Of a DNA stretch of 64,000 nucleotides, positions 1 through 15,044 are shown piece after piece. The DNA is taken from assembly GCF_000485595.1 (NCBI RefSeq), contig NW_014577065.1:1048938-1112937 (forward strand), given 5' to 3'. A model generated the notes under the pieces. The model did no database searches, was not told the origin of the DNA, and saw only the letters and a list, made by a program, of their open reading frames with translations. The DNA is from Priapulus caudatus (Eukaryota). Position numbers and translations under genes: made by a program. The stretch's first letter is position 1, and each line of letters begins with the position of its first letter.

Positions 1-408
1 ACCACCGAATTCAAGATTCAATCGAGGCTATAACGGTTTACAAATTATCGGTAGGTTCTAATAAGCCTCATATACCCTTAGTGCCCGGGCAGATGGCGCG
101 CGAGGCCGACCTCGTGACCGCCGAATCCAAGATGGCGACGCGACGTGTTACACAACTAATACGCGGGATATGTTTTTATTACGGCGTGCCTACTCGCTAA
201 TTACGTTGACCTGATTCTCGTACATTTGCTTCTTTGTTGCTTTGGCGTGCCCGTATTTTCGCGAACGAACTCGATTATGATCCCTGCCGCCAATTTGCGG
301 CTCGCGGGCGTCCTGCGCTCACATGCAGATCAGAGTGTCTTCATTACGTCGTCACTGGTCTCTACGGCGCGCGCGCCCGTGAGTGTGTGTGTTGTGTTGT
401 TGTTGTGT

Positions 409-457
<49 letters not shown>

Positions 458-765
458 CTGCGTGCCTGCGTGCCTGTGTGCCTGTGTGAGTGCGTGGGTG
501 CCTGTGTGCCTGCGTGCGTGCCTGTGTGCCTGTGTGAGTGCCTGTGTGCTTGTGTGAGTGCGTGGGTGCCTGCGTGCCCGTGTGAGTGCCTGTGGGCCTG
601 TGTGTGTGCGCGGGTGCCTGCGTGCCTGCGTATGTGTGCCTGTGTGTGTGCGTGGGTGCCTGCGTGCATGCGTATGCGTGCACATATGTACGCGTGTGCG
701 ACTTCTATTTGCGAGGGAGTGGGAGGGACGAGAGGTGGAGGCGGGAGCGTGTATGAGAGAGTGAG

Positions 766-803
<38 letters not shown>

Positions 804-990
804 GAAAGAGGGAGAGAGCAGGAGAGCAGCAAATTGCGGTACAGGTAATATACGTCATTTAGCAGCTGCCTGTGCGCTCGGGCTCTCTGTGTGTCCAAAT
901 CGCGTTAGGTTGTTTTTTCCATGCCGCTAAAATGGTACTAATATTAGCATTTGGACAGCTGCGTTATGAAACGGACAGGGCTCGTGATGC

Positions 991-1057
<67 letters not shown>

Positions 1058-1195
1058 CGAGCGAGAAAGAGAGAGAGAGCGCAAGCGAGAGAGAGAGAGA
1101 GACGAGTGGGAGTAAGCGATAGCGAAGCTAAGAGAGAAAAGGGAAAGAGAGCGGGAAGCACCGAGAGAAAGGTGTGAGAGCGAGAGCGAAAGATA

Positions 1196-1230
<35 letters not shown>

Positions 1231-2424
1231 CGCACGATAGGAAGAGAGAGAGGGAGAGAGAGAGAGAGAGAGAGAGAGAAAAGATGACGAAAATGTGCGA
1301 GAGAGAGAATGAAAGAATAAGGGCGTAAAGAGTGTCGGAGCAAAGAAGAGATTGCGGCGGCGAAGGGAAGAAAGAGAAGCTCGTTTGCGAGCGGCTCAGG
1401 TAGTCGGCTCTCCATCCGCTAGGCATCTCCTTCAATTACAACGATTACGATACCTTACGAGAGCGGGCGGAGTCCGGCAGACGTTGCTCGCGCGCGATGG
1501 AGTAATATAGAAGATTACTGCCTGGCGCTGTGCGTCACGAGTGTGCCCGCCCTGTCTGCTTCCGCCATTACGACAGAGTGCTGGGAGTAATTAGTGGGCT
1601 GGCATTGCCGAGTGAAGCCTGGTCAACGCGAGGGGGCTGAGAAGGAGCTTGGATCGATGGCTGAGTGTGTGTGGGTGGGGGAAGCTGGAAGAAGATGAAG
1701 GATGGTGGTGGGCGGGGGTGCGTTCCGTATAACAACAAAAACAACATGCGCACACCGAACTATAATAAATAGAAAAATCAATGAAAAGTTCGACGCAAAG
1801 ATAACTCCATGACATTATACGTTGGCACGCGCATAGCTGCTCTTGTGTGTGATTAAATGCATAATTAATACTTGTAAATTACGTGTTTATACCGAAGTCG
1901 ACGTCGGCATCGTATGAGCTGCGTTGCATTATGAGCGCGAGTGAAACTACCGTACTCAGAACGACAACAGCCGCACGCGCATGCGCCGTGGGCAGCATGC
2001 TTCACCCGTCGTCTGTGGCCGCGACGCTCTTTACTCCTGATAATTTAAATCAGTAAATCTTCGATCCGTCTCGAAAGACATCCAGTTCTTCTGCGCAAAG
2101 AAATCTTTGCAATCGAGGAATTGCTGTCGTCGGTATGATGGGTGAACATGGTGTGCTGCCTCGCGCGACTCTCCCGCTCGCTGTCAGGTCGCGGACTATA
2201 ATGGCGTAGAACTAGGGTTTGACGGTGAAACACTGAAAGGCGAAATTTACTACATAGTACCGGCAGTATAGTGGCAATTATTGTATTAGCGATCGGCTAC
2301 GATACTTGGAAAACGTGGAAGGCCGCACGGTCATTGAAAACTGCCCGTCTGCATCGCTCCCCCACCCTGCCCTCTTCTCGCTCTTTCATTCGCGCTCTCT
2401 CTCCCTCTCATTGTCCTTCTCCCT

Positions 2425-3025
2425 ACTCACTCACTCACTCACACACTCACTCACTCACTCACTCACTCACTCACTCACTCACTCACTCACTCACTCACTC
2501 ACTCACTCACTCACTCNNNNNNNNNNNNNNNNNNNNNNNNNNNNNNNNNNNNNNNNNNNNNNNNNNNNNNNNNNNNNNNNNNNNNNNNNNNNNNNNNNNN
2601 NNNNNNNNNNNNNNNNNNNNNNNNNNNNNNNNNNNNNNNNNNNNNNNNNNNNNNNNNNNNNNNNNNNNNNNNNNNNNNNNNNNNNNNNNNNNNNNNNNNN
2701 NNNNNNNNNNNNNNNNNNNNNNNNNNNNNNNNNNNNNNNNNNNNNNNNNNNNNNNNNNNNNNNNNNNNNNNNNNNNNNNNNNNNTCACTCTCTCACTCAC
2801 TCACTCACTCACTCACTCACTCACTCACTCACTCACTCACTCACTCACTCACTCACTCACTCACTCACTCACTCACTCACTCACTCTCTCACTCACTCAC
2901 TCACTCACTCACTCACTCACTCACTCACTCACTCACTCACTCCCTCACTCACTCACTCACTCACTCACTCACTCACTCACTCACTCACTCACTCACTCAC
3001 TCACTCACTCACTCACTCACTCACT
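2425..3025. repeat. (ACTC)n microsatellite spanning assembly gap 2517-2784
   Basis: Direct reading. Confidence 0.95.
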
Positions 3026-3529
3026 ATCTCCTGGTCTCTATCTCAATAACCCCCATCCCTTCCTCTCCTTCTCCTTCTCTCTCTCTTCGGTGTTGCGTAC
3101 GTACAGTCATTAAACGTAAATGTAGTTTCGTTCTCGTAAATTTACGAAACCTATTTAACGATGCTGTCGAGTGGCTATATTACCATAGTCACTTTGTGCG
3201 CAATTACAGTAAAAGAGCATTGACGCTGCATACGCTTTCTATCCGAGTCCTTGCCCACGTGATCCGCCTAATGGCCATTGTTGCGCTCGCCATGGTTACG
3301 CGCGTTTGCGGTGGCGGCCATGTTGGGACTTCACAGTCGGATTTCACTCGTCGAGTGTGATTTCACTTATGCGCGGTTCCAGCCCGGCACTCCGCTGTCA
3401 ATTTGCAAATTGATAAGCGTCGCCTCTCGAGGTGCGTGCCTTCCTTCAGAAAGCTATATCGCTATTTCGTGCGTCAGACCATAATTCCCATCGTGGCGTG
3501 TCGTCGGGCCCATCGGTAGATGTGGACGG

Positions 3530-3790
3530 GGAGGAACGGAGAAGAGTGGATGATGGTGAACGGGGAGGGTGGAGTGAACGAATAGGCTGGAGGAACGGGG
3601 AGGATGGGTGAGCGGAGAGGGTTGGGTGAACGGAAAGGTAGGGGGAATGGGAGCGTACGGTGAACGGGAAGGTTGTGGGAATTGTAGGGTAGGGTGAACG
3701 GGAAGGTTGGGGTCAACAGGAACGGTGGGGTTACAGGGGGGGGGGGTTGAACCGGGGGTGGACTGGGAGGGAGGGATAAATGGGGGAAGA
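3530..3790 (+). repeat. Degenerate G-rich tandem repeat (GGGTGAACGG / GGAACGG units)
   Basis: Repeated GTGAACGG/GGAACGG motifs with strong purine bias. Confidence 0.55.
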
Positions 3791-5468
3791 CTTGGTTCAT
3801 ATCTGTTACTCGAATAGATGGAGGGATCATACGTGATTCGGTGCGTGATGCTAAATTCTGATCCCAAGTTGATGTCGCATACAGAAACGATGACACAGAA
3901 GCAGGATGCAGATGAAACGCTCTATTATAATCAATGCGTTCACTGTAAAGCCGAACCCGTTGCCGGCTAAAGTATATTCCAGCGAAATTTTTTTTACAGA
4001 GGATTTGACTGTTCCTTTTAGTCCTTGTCAATAAATTGCTGAATTGGAATGCAGATCCGACCGCATTACGTCGCAAGCTTTTAAAATGAAAGTGGGGTAC
4101 GCCTTTACTTCTCACGCAGGCCTGCACAAGCGACTTCACACAGGTGTCGCCCTAGGCACGCGATCTCGCGGGATCTTAGGTGAATAATAATTTTAGGGGT
4201 GAGGATTAGGATGAACACTAAAACAGTTTCCAGAAATCTAATTACGGCGTTTAATGTCTTCGCGGATCGATTGATTAACGGGTACCATGCAAATACGTTA
4301 CTATGTAGATGTATGAGGGTGCATGTAGGTATAAAGTGTAACAGGGCGTACACGTGTCCCATCACAGCTACCCCGCAGTCATTTTATTCCCATCCTGTAG
4401 CCACCCCCTCACCTGCAGCCGCTTACACCCTGTACCCATCCACATGCACTTTCAACACCCCCTATTCCATCCTGCATGATTCCACTAGCTAACCATACCA
4501 CGACCACCTCCCATTCCTAGGACTACCCGGCAGCGATTCACTACCAACTATGGTGCCACCCCATGCATAACCGTCCGGTAACCGCTCTGCAAGCGGGCGC
4601 CTTTAACATGTACAATGCGTTCGGTCTAATGCTTGTCGGTAGAAGGCTGTTTGTCTGCTGCTCACATAATGCTGTGGCTTCAACCAGTAACACGCCTCGC
4701 TCCGAACCGCAGCACACGGCCAGAGGAATTTTAAACGACACTGCGTAAAAGCTTTTATTGAATAAATGAAATGTTTCCCCCCGAGGCCCTGTCATGTACA
4801 GATGCGTATGATTATCTGTCTCCAACAGATCAAATCAAATTCTGCATTTTTAATATGCTGGCACTCTGATGGCATAATGTGTTCTTTGCAATCCACGCAG
4901 TGGCCGGCGCGGAAGAGAGGTTATTATGTAAGGGTAGCATGTAGGGGAAGGTTAGTCCACATCGTCACATGCGCGGGATGGAGGTTATAGCTCACGGTTG
5001 GATGCATAGAGAGACGGTATTGCACATGGTAGAATGCAGGGAAAGAGGTTACTGCGCGCCGCAGCATGCGGGAGAAAGAGGATTTTGTACTTGAATGATA
5101 CCCCGAAGTGTTTATATATATATATATATTATATATATATTAATATGATATATATATATGATAGAGAGAGAGAGAGAGCCAGAAGAGAGAGAGAGAGAGA
5201 GAGAGAGAGCAGAGAGAGAGAGAGCAGGAGAGAGAGAGAGAAGAGAGAGAAGCAGAGAAGACGAGAGAGACGAGAGAGTAAGAGAAGATGAGAGACGAGA
5301 GGCGAGGAGAGAGAGAGAGCAGAGAGCAGAGAGAGAGAGAGAGAGAGAGAGATTGGTTACACCCCAACGCCACCGCTGGTGGGCTCGTGGGATGGCTGCA
5401 ACACCACACCACCAGCGCGCCGCTGTTTGAGCTAACACGCGCCAACAGGTGCTAACTTACACCGACGC

Positions 5469-5480
5469 CCACCAGGGGGC
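5469..5480 (+). promoter_or_regulatory. CTCF core-motif match
   Basis: CCACCAGGGGGC matches the CTCF core consensus CCASYAGRKGGC. Single motif, no functional evidence. Confidence 0.25.
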
Positions 5481-6188
5481 CTGTCGAGAACCATTGCATC
5501 AGTCCGACGATGGTTAACCAGCTCGACGACCGCGAGGAAAAACACGACGAAGGACGACGCGAGCCGCCGACGACGTCTTATTCGCCAAATTATTCGGCAA
5601 AATCAATCGGCCGCGAAATCATGCGCAGTCGTTTAGCTCGACCGCTGCGATCGACGCTCGCTGGCACGCGCACACCGCGTGTTGTAGCGCAAATCGACCG
5701 CTGGAAATTGGCATCAAAATTAAACTTGCGCTTTTGCATTATATTGATCGCCGGCGCCACGGCCGATCGCGCGTGCTGCTGACTTACTGGGCGAGTAAAT
5801 TGCAAATTTGCGCGCGGATCGCAGCGTCTCGTCTCTCTTTCTCTCCCCCTTCCCCTCTCTCGCTCTGTCTTCTCCCCTTCCCCCTTTCTCCTCTCTCGCT
5901 CGCTCGCGCGCCGCGCGCTCTCTTCTCTGATCTTATTTCCCTCTTCCCCTCTTCTCTCTCTCGCTCGCTTCAAGCGCCGCGGTCTTCCTCTCTGTACTTC
6001 TCTCCCCTCTGCTCTCCCTTCTCCATCATCAAAAGCCGCAGATATGTCAGATTTTGCTGGCTTGATGAGATGATCGGCGGTGAAGCGTCATCGGATTGAG
6101 CATTATTTATAATCTGAAACGTAAACGGGCTAATTATAATAGATAAACGTTGCGGCCTACAGGGTTTCCGCCCTGTATAGCGATAGCA

Positions 6189-9100
6189 TGGAGTCGCTGT
6201 GACAGCTTCTATATATGGGCGGCGGCTTGCAGGAAAAAAAATAGTTTACCTCGCTCTCAGTTTGTGATTACCAATTCGAAATAAACAGCAGAATTGTCAT
6301 GATAACCAATCATTCACAGCCAGCTATTTGGCACGCAGCCTTAAACATTGTGTTCTCATACATTCCCATTAGACATATCGACACCCCTGTGGTCGGATAT
6401 TCGTCTTCGGCCATTGACGACTCCACCTCGCCCACACTATACTTTACTTCGTTGAAAATTCTCGTTTATAGTAAACAAGCAGGTACATATGTATTCTATC
6501 AAGGCTAATAATACATCTATTAGTATTATTACCTATTAGAAATATTCCCTTTAGTATTATATAGCTCTGATTCTATCGTTCTATCCTGTTACCGCCGCAC
6601 GTTACCTACCCTATATACCGCTGCGCTGGCATCCGAACTCTGCCATTGTTCTGTAAACAATTTTTACATCGATTATCCCGGCACACTAATTAAATATTTC
6701 AAACTTGCTGAAATCGCAGAGGTGGGAAGTAGGTTTTGCGCTAAGCGTCAAATGGATGCGTTTGTGCAGTAAGGTGGGATAGTCAACATATGGTACAATG
6801 CAGCATCTCCTTAATCTCTTCCTCTGTACAGGTGATGATTGCGACTTCTACAACACTCGCTGCTACCGTTGGCGCCAAGTAGAAATACAGTAGACCGAGC
6901 GCTCACGCCCACCAATGGCAGATATCGAGTCGAGAAAGAGCCGTCCGCTCATCTACGGACATGACGTACGCTTCATCTACGCTTCCGGCCATGTTAGTAC
7001 CCATACGCGCCCTGGCTACCAGCCGCGCGATTTTCAACTCGGCCAATCGTTTTAGACGTTCGCCAATCCGCCGTTATGCGCTTAATCGTAATTTTTCGCG
7101 CGCATCGTCGTCAGCCACTCTAATCAACCATTGTTCATCTCCGTCTCGTATATTCCTTCAGCGGCAACTTCCTGTGGAAAAAGGAAAAGCTACACACGCT
7201 AGATGTACGACACTGTCACATGGCATGCGCGGCCACAGTGCAACACATCGCACCGGCCAGCCGCACATGGACAACCCCACTTGGCCCACTGAAAGCCGAA
7301 AGTATCTATTATAACATAATATATCTTTCCCGCCGCGTTATCTATAAGCTACTTGACACTGGCCGCCCGAGTTTTCCCGGCTTACGAGCAACCAATGAAT
7401 CGATCTGTTGCCGATCGCCGTGGAAACCACGATGAAATCCGCACAGCGGCGCCTCGGTTATGCAGTTGCATACGTGCTACAGACGAAGCAATCACGCGCG
7501 AAGATACGCGTCCCAACCTCTCCTTGACCGTGTTGCGTTGGGTCATGCGTGCGTGGCGTGCGTGCAGGACGCCCGTTGTTTACATTTGTGCGTGGAGTGT
7601 GTGTGCGGCACGTTCGCTTATGCATGCGCGAGTGCGCTGTGTGCGTGCCGTGCGTGCGTTCATATCAGCGTGCGTGCGTCGTGGTGGGCGGTGTATATGG
7701 CATTTATACGCCGTGCGTGAGTCGTGGCCGTGCGTGCGTGTGTGCGTAATGTGCNNNNNNNNNNNNNNNNNNNNNNNNNGATACATTCTAGTTTAGAAGC
7801 AGGGCAATTGTGAGTTAACGTTCATATTTTAAACAAGACAAGTCAAAGGTGGTAATGGAATAGTTTTATTTGAGATATGCAGAGTTATTCATCTAGATCT
7901 GCAGAGGTGATAGGTTTTTTGTATGGAAGGGTGTCAGGCTGTATAGACAATCCGTCGCACAGCCTGGTCGGGCTAGGAGTCGGCGTTGACAGTTCTATAT
8001 ATGGGCGGCGCTTGCAGGAAAAAAATAGTTACCTCGCTTCAGTTGTGTGATTATCCCAATCGAAATAAACAGCAGATTGTCATGTAACTAATCATTCCAC
8101 AGCAGCTATTTGGCACAGCCTTAAACATTGTTCTCATCATTCCATTAGACATATCGACACCCTGTGGTCGGATATTCGTCTATCGCACATTTGACTGAAC
8201 CGTATCCTCGCATCATTATACTTTACCTTCGTTGAAATTCTGTTTATAGTAAACCAAGCAGGTACATATGTATTCTATCAAGGGCTAATAATACCTTATT
8301 AGTATTATTACCTTATTAGTAATATTACCTTTAGTATTATTAGCTCTTGATTCTATCGTTCTATCCTGTTACCCCCGTACGTACTACCTATATACGCGCT
8401 GCGTGCATCCGAACTTCCATTGTTTGTAAAACAAATTTTTACATCGTTAATCCCGGACACCTAATTAAATTTCAAACTTGTGGGAAACTCCGCAGCGTGT
8501 GGCGCTAAGTAGGTTTTTGCGCTAAAGGTCAAATGGATGCTGTTTTGTGGAGTAAAGGTGGCTAGTCAACTATGGTAAAATTGCAGCATCTCCTAATTTT
8601 CCTCTGACAGGTGATGATTGCGACCACTTCTAACATCGTCTGCTATCGTTGGCGCCAAGTAAGAAAACAAGTAGACGAGCGCTCACGCCCACCATAATGC
8701 AAGATATCGATCGAGAAAAGAGCCGTCGCTCATCTACGGACATGACGTACGCTCATCTACGTTTTCCGCCATGTTAGTACCCATACGCGCCCTGCTACCG
8801 CCGCGCGATTTCATCGGAAAATGTTTAGACGTTCGCCAATCCGCCGTTATGCGCTTTAATGGTAATTTTCGCGCGCTCGTCGTAGCCATCTAATGGCAAA
8901 CATTGTTCATCTCGTCTCGTTATTTTCAGCGCAACTTCTGGGAAAAGGAAAACTGACACAGAGATGTAGACACTTGTCATGCATGCGGGCCACAGTGCAA
9001 ACACGCACGGCAGGCACATGCAAACCAGTTGGCCCACTGAAGCCGAAAGTATGTATTATAACTAATTATATTTGCCCGCGTGTTATTATAAGCTATTAGC

Positions 9101-9443
9101 ACTGCGGGCGAGTTTTCGGCTTACGCAACCATGAATGCGGTCTGTTAGCCGATCGGCCGTGGAAACAACGATGATAATCGCACAGCGGTTATGCAGTCGG
9201 CATACGTGGTACAGACGAGCAATCACGCGCGAGATACGCGTCCCACTGTTTGACCGTGTGCGTGTGTGCGGTCATGCGTGCGTGCGTGCGTGCAGGCATG
9301 CGCGCGTGTGTTTACATTTGTGCGTGCGAGTGTGTGTGCACGTTCGTTTATGCATGCGAGTGCGTGTGTGCGTGCGTGCGTGCGTGCGTTCATATAGCGT
9401 GCGTACGTGCGTGCGTGTGTATGTGCGAGTGTATATGCATTTA

Positions 9444-9479
<36 letters not shown>

Positions 9480-9500
9480 TGTATGCGTGCGTGCGTGTGT
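6189..9500 (+). repeat. Indel-rich ~1.55-kb direct duplication (6189-7754 vs ~7976-9500) spanning a 25-N gap, probably long-read gap-fill overlap
   Basis: Collinear copies differ mainly by scattered 1-bp indels; each copy looks noisiest nearest the gap at 7755-7779. Confidence 0.85.
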
Positions 9501-9644
9501 GCGTGGCGGCGCTAGCGCCAGAGACGAAACATTCGTGTCGGATTCCGAGCTTTTAATGACGCCCAATTATGCGCTTATGCTCGTCCCGCAATCCCCGCGC
9601 GCCGCCGCCAGCAAATTTATACTTCGGCATTACCGTGTCTTGCG

Positions 9645-9720
9645 GATGCTGCTGCTGCTGCGTCTGCTGCTGCTGCTGCGTCTGCTTCTGCTGCTACTAC
9701 TGCTGCGGCTGCTGCTGCTG

Positions 9721-9757
<37 letters not shown>

Positions 9758-9894
9758 GTCTGCTGCTGCTACTGCTGCTGCTGCTGCTGCGGCGGCGGCG
9801 GCGGCGGCGGCGGCTGCTTCTGCTTCTGTTTCTGCTGCTGTTGCTGCTGTTGTTGTTATTGTTGTTGCTGCTGCTGCTGTTGCGGCTTCTGCTA

Positions 9895-9930
<36 letters not shown>

Positions 9931-10015
9931 TTGCTGCTGCTGTTGTTGTTGGTGCTGCTGCTTCTGCTTCTGCTTCTGCTACTGCTACTACTACTACTAT
10001 TACTGCTGCTGCTGA
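9645..10015. repeat. Compound trinucleotide microsatellite (CTG/CGG/TTG/CTA)
   Basis: Direct reading; explains the poly-L, poly-C and poly-S ORFs. Confidence 0.95.
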
Positions 10016-10395
10016 TTGCGATGATGATCACCGTCTAGTCGCGCCCAGGCTCCCTCTCCATCGTCACACGACTTGTTCCCGTCCGCGTGTTAACCGCATT
10101 GTCTTCGCGCCAATTTTACGATATACCGCTCCGCTGGTGTGCGCGTCCTCCTCTGTCTCTACATCACGCAAGCGGAACATGTAGCTGCGAAACATGCATT
10201 TGTTTAGAATCGGCGATGCTGCAAAATAAGTGCGGTTGTGAATTCAGGAAGAATCGTTGGCGAGCGCGCACGAGAAGTCGCCGGGCAATGCAAGAAGACA
10301 TTTAAATTAGCGCAACAAATATGTCGTGATATTTTATTTAATGTACAAAATATATCGCTGGCGGTTCGATCGTAAAATTCACGAGACGTGACGCG

Positions 10396-10442
<47 letters not shown>

Positions 10443-10953
10443 TTAGAGAGAGAGAGAGAGAGAGAAATGAAGAGAGACGATGACAATCTGGTTTGAAAGA
10501 AGTACGCAATAGACTGGCATATCATAATGCATCTGTTCGAAGCATGTAATGTGTATGCATACATGCGTGAGCGAGTAAGTGTGTGCGTGCATGTACGCGT
10601 TTCAAAGATGAGGTCGAATTTGTATATAGCTTCGCAGCCAGGACTATTTCTTTTCTCTTTCTATACGATTTGTCCCTGGCGTCTAATTGCCGTCTAGCGT
10701 AAGTATGGCCCCCGTCTACCGGATTTAATAAGGACTGTGTCAGTAACTCGTAGGCCAACCTATTTATGTAATGGGAGTTTATGTTCCCTTATGGACAAGC
10801 CATAAATGCACTTGCTGATTCGAGACGCGACCGTCATGTCTGGAGTTGCCCAGTTATCGGCGTATGACATTGGTCACTGGTCTCCCCACCTCGCTTCGAA
10901 CTACCTGTGAAGCACACATGCACGCATGCATGCGCGCGCACAAACACACACAC

Positions 10954-11002
<49 letters not shown>

Positions 11003-11223
11003 AACGCACACATACACGCGCAGCGTATTCTTTCCCACTCGCAAGGGAAATGTCTGCTCGTGGGCATAACACTCGAGCGCTTGCGCGCGTCTTCATTGTT
11101 TCATCCATGTACGGCATAAAATGATTACATGGTCGCATCATTGTACCGCGAGCGAATTAGACGCCATCGATTATCTGTGCTCTCTCTCTCCATCTCTCTC
11201 TCCATCTCTCTCGCTCTCTCTCG

Positions 11224-11288
<65 letters not shown>

Positions 11289-11684
11289 NNNNNNNNNNTC
11301 CGCGTTAAGTTCATGTTATTTATTTTCACACTGATATCTTGTACTTACTGTTAGTCTGTTATCCTAAACGTATACAGTGGATTGACACTCATTGCTATTC
11401 TACACTGTATACCGACTGCTTCAATGTTTACATATACGCGAGCATATCAGGCTATATGCCTGGGCACATCAGACTTTACGCTCGCTCTTGACCCGCCTAA
11501 CCCCGTAAGTGGCTTTTTCTGTATAGCTCGCTGAAAAGGACCTACTATTGCTGAGTCTGTCATCACATCGTTAGGTTGTTATAATGAGCAGTATCGGCGT
11601 TACAGTTGCGGTTATGGTTACATGTTATAGGGTTATAGGGTTATGGTTATATCAGGAGTGCATAATATAAATTAATGTTATAAT

Positions 11685-11985
<301 letters not shown>

Positions 11986-13434
11986 TTAGCTCTCACACAC
12001 TCTATTTCTTCCCCTTCTTTATTCCCTCCCTCTCTCGTCCTCCTCCTTCCCTTCTCATTCACTCTAACTAGGGTGACCTTTGCCTTGAGAGGTGTGTCTG
12101 TGCCCAGTGGCGGTGGGGATGGTGAGGAAGGTGAGGAGGGACGTTGGCTGCGCTGTGACAAATGCGCAGCTCTCCCTGTTGTTTTTAAGGAGCACGTACA
12201 CCGCTGATCTGGCGGGACGTCAAGATTGCGCGCGATCTTACGGAGTGACGTATAATTATCAAGCGCGAGCGCGCGCAAATATTATCATTGTCAGATCGTC
12301 CGTCTGTTTGTCTATCATCAAACTGTCACATACGCGGAGAGGTTAATCGCACCTTTTACTCTGAGCTGGAACTGGCGCGTCAGTTATCGTATCAGAAATC
12401 CGACGCAATAGTCAAGATTGCGGTCCGTCTAACTAACTCGCTACGCTCCCTCTGCGTGTCCAAGATGATAAAATCGGTCGTGATTGTCTATGTATTCCTA
12501 GTCGATCTATACGGCTGAGTCGATGAAGGGTTTGAATCGTGTGTAGAGATCACGTGTATCCTAAAAGCATTTCCACTCCTTAGAACTGTAGATGGCCTAT
12601 CGTAGGATCACTGCTGAAAGGAGCGTTCGCGTGCTCGACATTTAACGTCAGGGGTACGGTGGCTATCGGCAGAGATCTGCGCGCTTATAGCGTCTTATGC
12701 GCGAATCGCATACGGCAAGATCACGCAAGTCTTGCGTATTGCGATCAGCTGCGCCGAGTATCTAAGAGGTTTCATGTAGGGGACGTATCTGTAGCTTTGT
12801 TTGCCGGAGGCGGTTTCTGATTCATGTGAAGAAACTCGCAGCTCCGGTGTGTGTTTTTGTACAGGTTTGCGTTGTTTGCCGATGTGACAACATATAAACA
12901 GGAGTGTATAATATAGATATAGTTTATGTATAACATAGATAGTGTGTTTTTATATGATACACTCCTGATATAACGTGGTAGAGGCATCTGGGTACAGTTA
13001 AGTAGTGATCAGATAGAGACAACTAAGACACGCATAATGATACAGCTATGTATTTTCTGCACTGATTCATCTAGTACGAATTCGCAAGTCGTGGACAATT
13101 AACCTTTTGGGCGTAGCCACGGATAACCAGTCTAGCTTTCACCGGTGAATATTGATGTGTATAAGTGCCTCTGCGTATCAGTCTAATTTATAGTGAGTAT
13201 TGAATCGAGACGTCCTTCTGTTATATGACAGTTATGTGCCTTGCAGATAAGCGATGTGTCAGCTAAGACGTAAGACAAAGAATTATGTAATTAACAAAAA
13301 CAGTATGCGGGAAATTTAATGTAACGTTATTAACCTCTGCCGTTTCATGTGTATCGGTTGCATCTGCCTAATGCGACCAGATACGAGTGAGTGACATCTC
13401 AGTTTCACCAACGAATCTGCATGCGCATTCAGAG

Positions 13435-13529
<95 letters not shown>

Positions 13530-13913
13530 CAGCACACAGCACACCAACCACACCACACAAGCACATAACACACAACACACACACACAACACACAGCACAC
13601 ACACACAACACAGGCCACCACGACACACATCCACACACCAGCATCACCACCACAACACACACACACACACACACCAGCACACACATACACACACACACAC
13701 AGTCACACTACACGACCACACACAACACACACACACACACACAACCCAACCCACACACACGCGCGCGCGCGGCGCGGCCGCCCCGCTTGGCAACACAGTA
13801 CGTGGCTTAAGCGCAGTGAATTATTTTTCCAATAATACTGTCAAGCATAATATTCACGAGGGGGCGAAGGCAAATCTCCGGCCTCGTTCTCTGTCAGTGT
13901 AGAGCAGCGTGTT

Positions 13914-13973
<60 letters not shown>

Positions 13974-15044
13974 CGGCAGGCAGATGGCTACTGCTATACA
14001 CACACTAACACCATGCACCATCAACACTACAGCGTATGTTTGTTTGTAAATGCTCGATAGAAATAATAAAGAAAGCTGAGTCACCAATCAGATATTGAGA
14101 TGAGCCTTCGTGGGATCCAGAGTGCGAGCGTGTAAAGTAGGAACGCTAGTGACCGCCGGATATACGTCACAACTCCATTTATGCTACCTGTGTTCGTAAA
14201 TTGGTTTGCATTAGTTGATCTAGCAATAAGCTAGACAACGTCTTCATGATAGGTGCATATGTAGACACATGGATATTTATATGTTTATGTGTCTGCATGC
14301 ATGCGTATGCGCGTGCGTGTTCGTGCGCATGTGCGTGTGCATATGTGTGTATTATGTTCCCGCGCGCGCGCGCGCGTGTCTGTGTGTAGTGTGTAGTGTG
14401 TAGTGTGTAGTGTGTGGTGTGTAGTATGCGTGCGTGAGCGCGCGCGCGTGTGTGTGTAGTGTGTGGTGTGTAGTGGGTGTGTGCGTGCGTGCGCGTGCGT
14501 GCGCATGCGTGCGTGTGTGTGCGTGTTTGTATGTATGTGTATGTATATGTGTATGTGTATGTTTGGTAGTGCTCTTAACTTTAGCACGGGTATTAATCAA
14601 TAATCAGGCGTGTTAAACACGTGTGTTAATTAAACGTGATAAACAGGTGTATTAATTAGGTGTGTTAATCAGGTGTGTTAATTGGGTAAGCCAGGTAGGC
14701 ATGTCACCCAGACGGGAATGTCAGCAAGAGGTGGTTGTGTCTGCAAGACTCGTCCTTAAATAATTTTTATGATGGCACGATAACCTGCTTGAAGGTTAGA
14801 GCATACTAACGTGTTTTCTCCCGTAAGATGCACTTGCTGTCTGTTCAATCATAGCCGCAGCCTGGCGTCCTTGATCCCCACGGACACGTTGAAATTAAAC
14901 GCGCATCTTGCCATACCGTACATTGTCTGTATAGAATGCGCGTGACATCTCGTGACGTCCACGTGCTCGCAACTATTACGCCGCTGACAAAGTGAAAGCC
15001 TTTGCTCGGCGTAATCCTGCCTGATATTGATGCGGAATTAGTGG

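Noticed and set aside
226..1435. Many overlapping ORFs (poly-VC, HT, ER, SL), with equivalents throughout the window
   Set aside because: Translations of (GT)n, (GA)n and (GCGT)n microsatellites that lack stop codons; no domain content.
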